Part shown: positions 63,969 through 64,000 of the stretch, in pieces | How positions within the stretch are numbered: the stretch's first letter is position 1 | How the letters are laid out: each line of letters begins with the position of its first letter | Source of the DNA: Phyllobates terribilis | Lineage: Eukaryota | Length of the DNA stretch: 64,000 bases | NCBI RefSeq assembly: GCF_046119375.1 | Contig: NW_027362761.1 | Span: 1,140,800,001 to 1,140,864,000 of the forward strand | Direction: 5' to 3' | Program-made: the position numbers and the translations under genes | The notes under the pieces: model-generated | The model's database searches: none | Told to the model about the DNA's origin: nothing | What the model saw: the letters and a program-made list of their open reading frames with translations, nothing else

Positions 63969-64000
<32 letters not shown>

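Overview
Vertebrate, very probably frog (anuran), genomic DNA with two assembly gaps (21199-21328, 21463-21591). Two host genes sit head-to-head around a shared promoter at about 44.4-44.9 kb. TRMT44 (tRNA uracil-O2'-methyltransferase) is complete on the minus strand: 11 coding exons reconstructed by eye with GT-AG boundaries, 1914 nt, 637 aa, 44385 to 4833. ACOX3 (peroxisomal acyl-CoA oxidase 3) is on the plus strand: five coding exons from 56101, continuing past the window end. The introns are filled with transposons: a structurally complete but frameshifted DIRS1-type retrotransposon nested in a Tc1 element, several more Tc1-family elements (one DD38E), hAT/Harbinger/T2-Kolobok/piggyBac-like MITEs, a solo LTR, L2 fragments and many minisatellites. 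Highlights: (1) an intronless, 3'-truncated, poly(A)-less CNOT6L retrocopy in TRMT44 intron 1 with an open 330-aa ORF whose stop codon comes from its 14-bp target-site duplication (TSD), which starts at the same base as the 8-bp TSD of an adjacent hAT MITE; (2) an apparent TATA promoter and phase-0 spliceosomal intron in the DIRS gag ORF; (3) a 28-bp microinversion flipping the start codon of a DD38E transposase; (4) a TRMT44 intron made almost entirely of a fold-back satellite; (5) a TRMT44 3' splice site with an A8 run. Homology calls rest on recalled protein sequences, not database searches.
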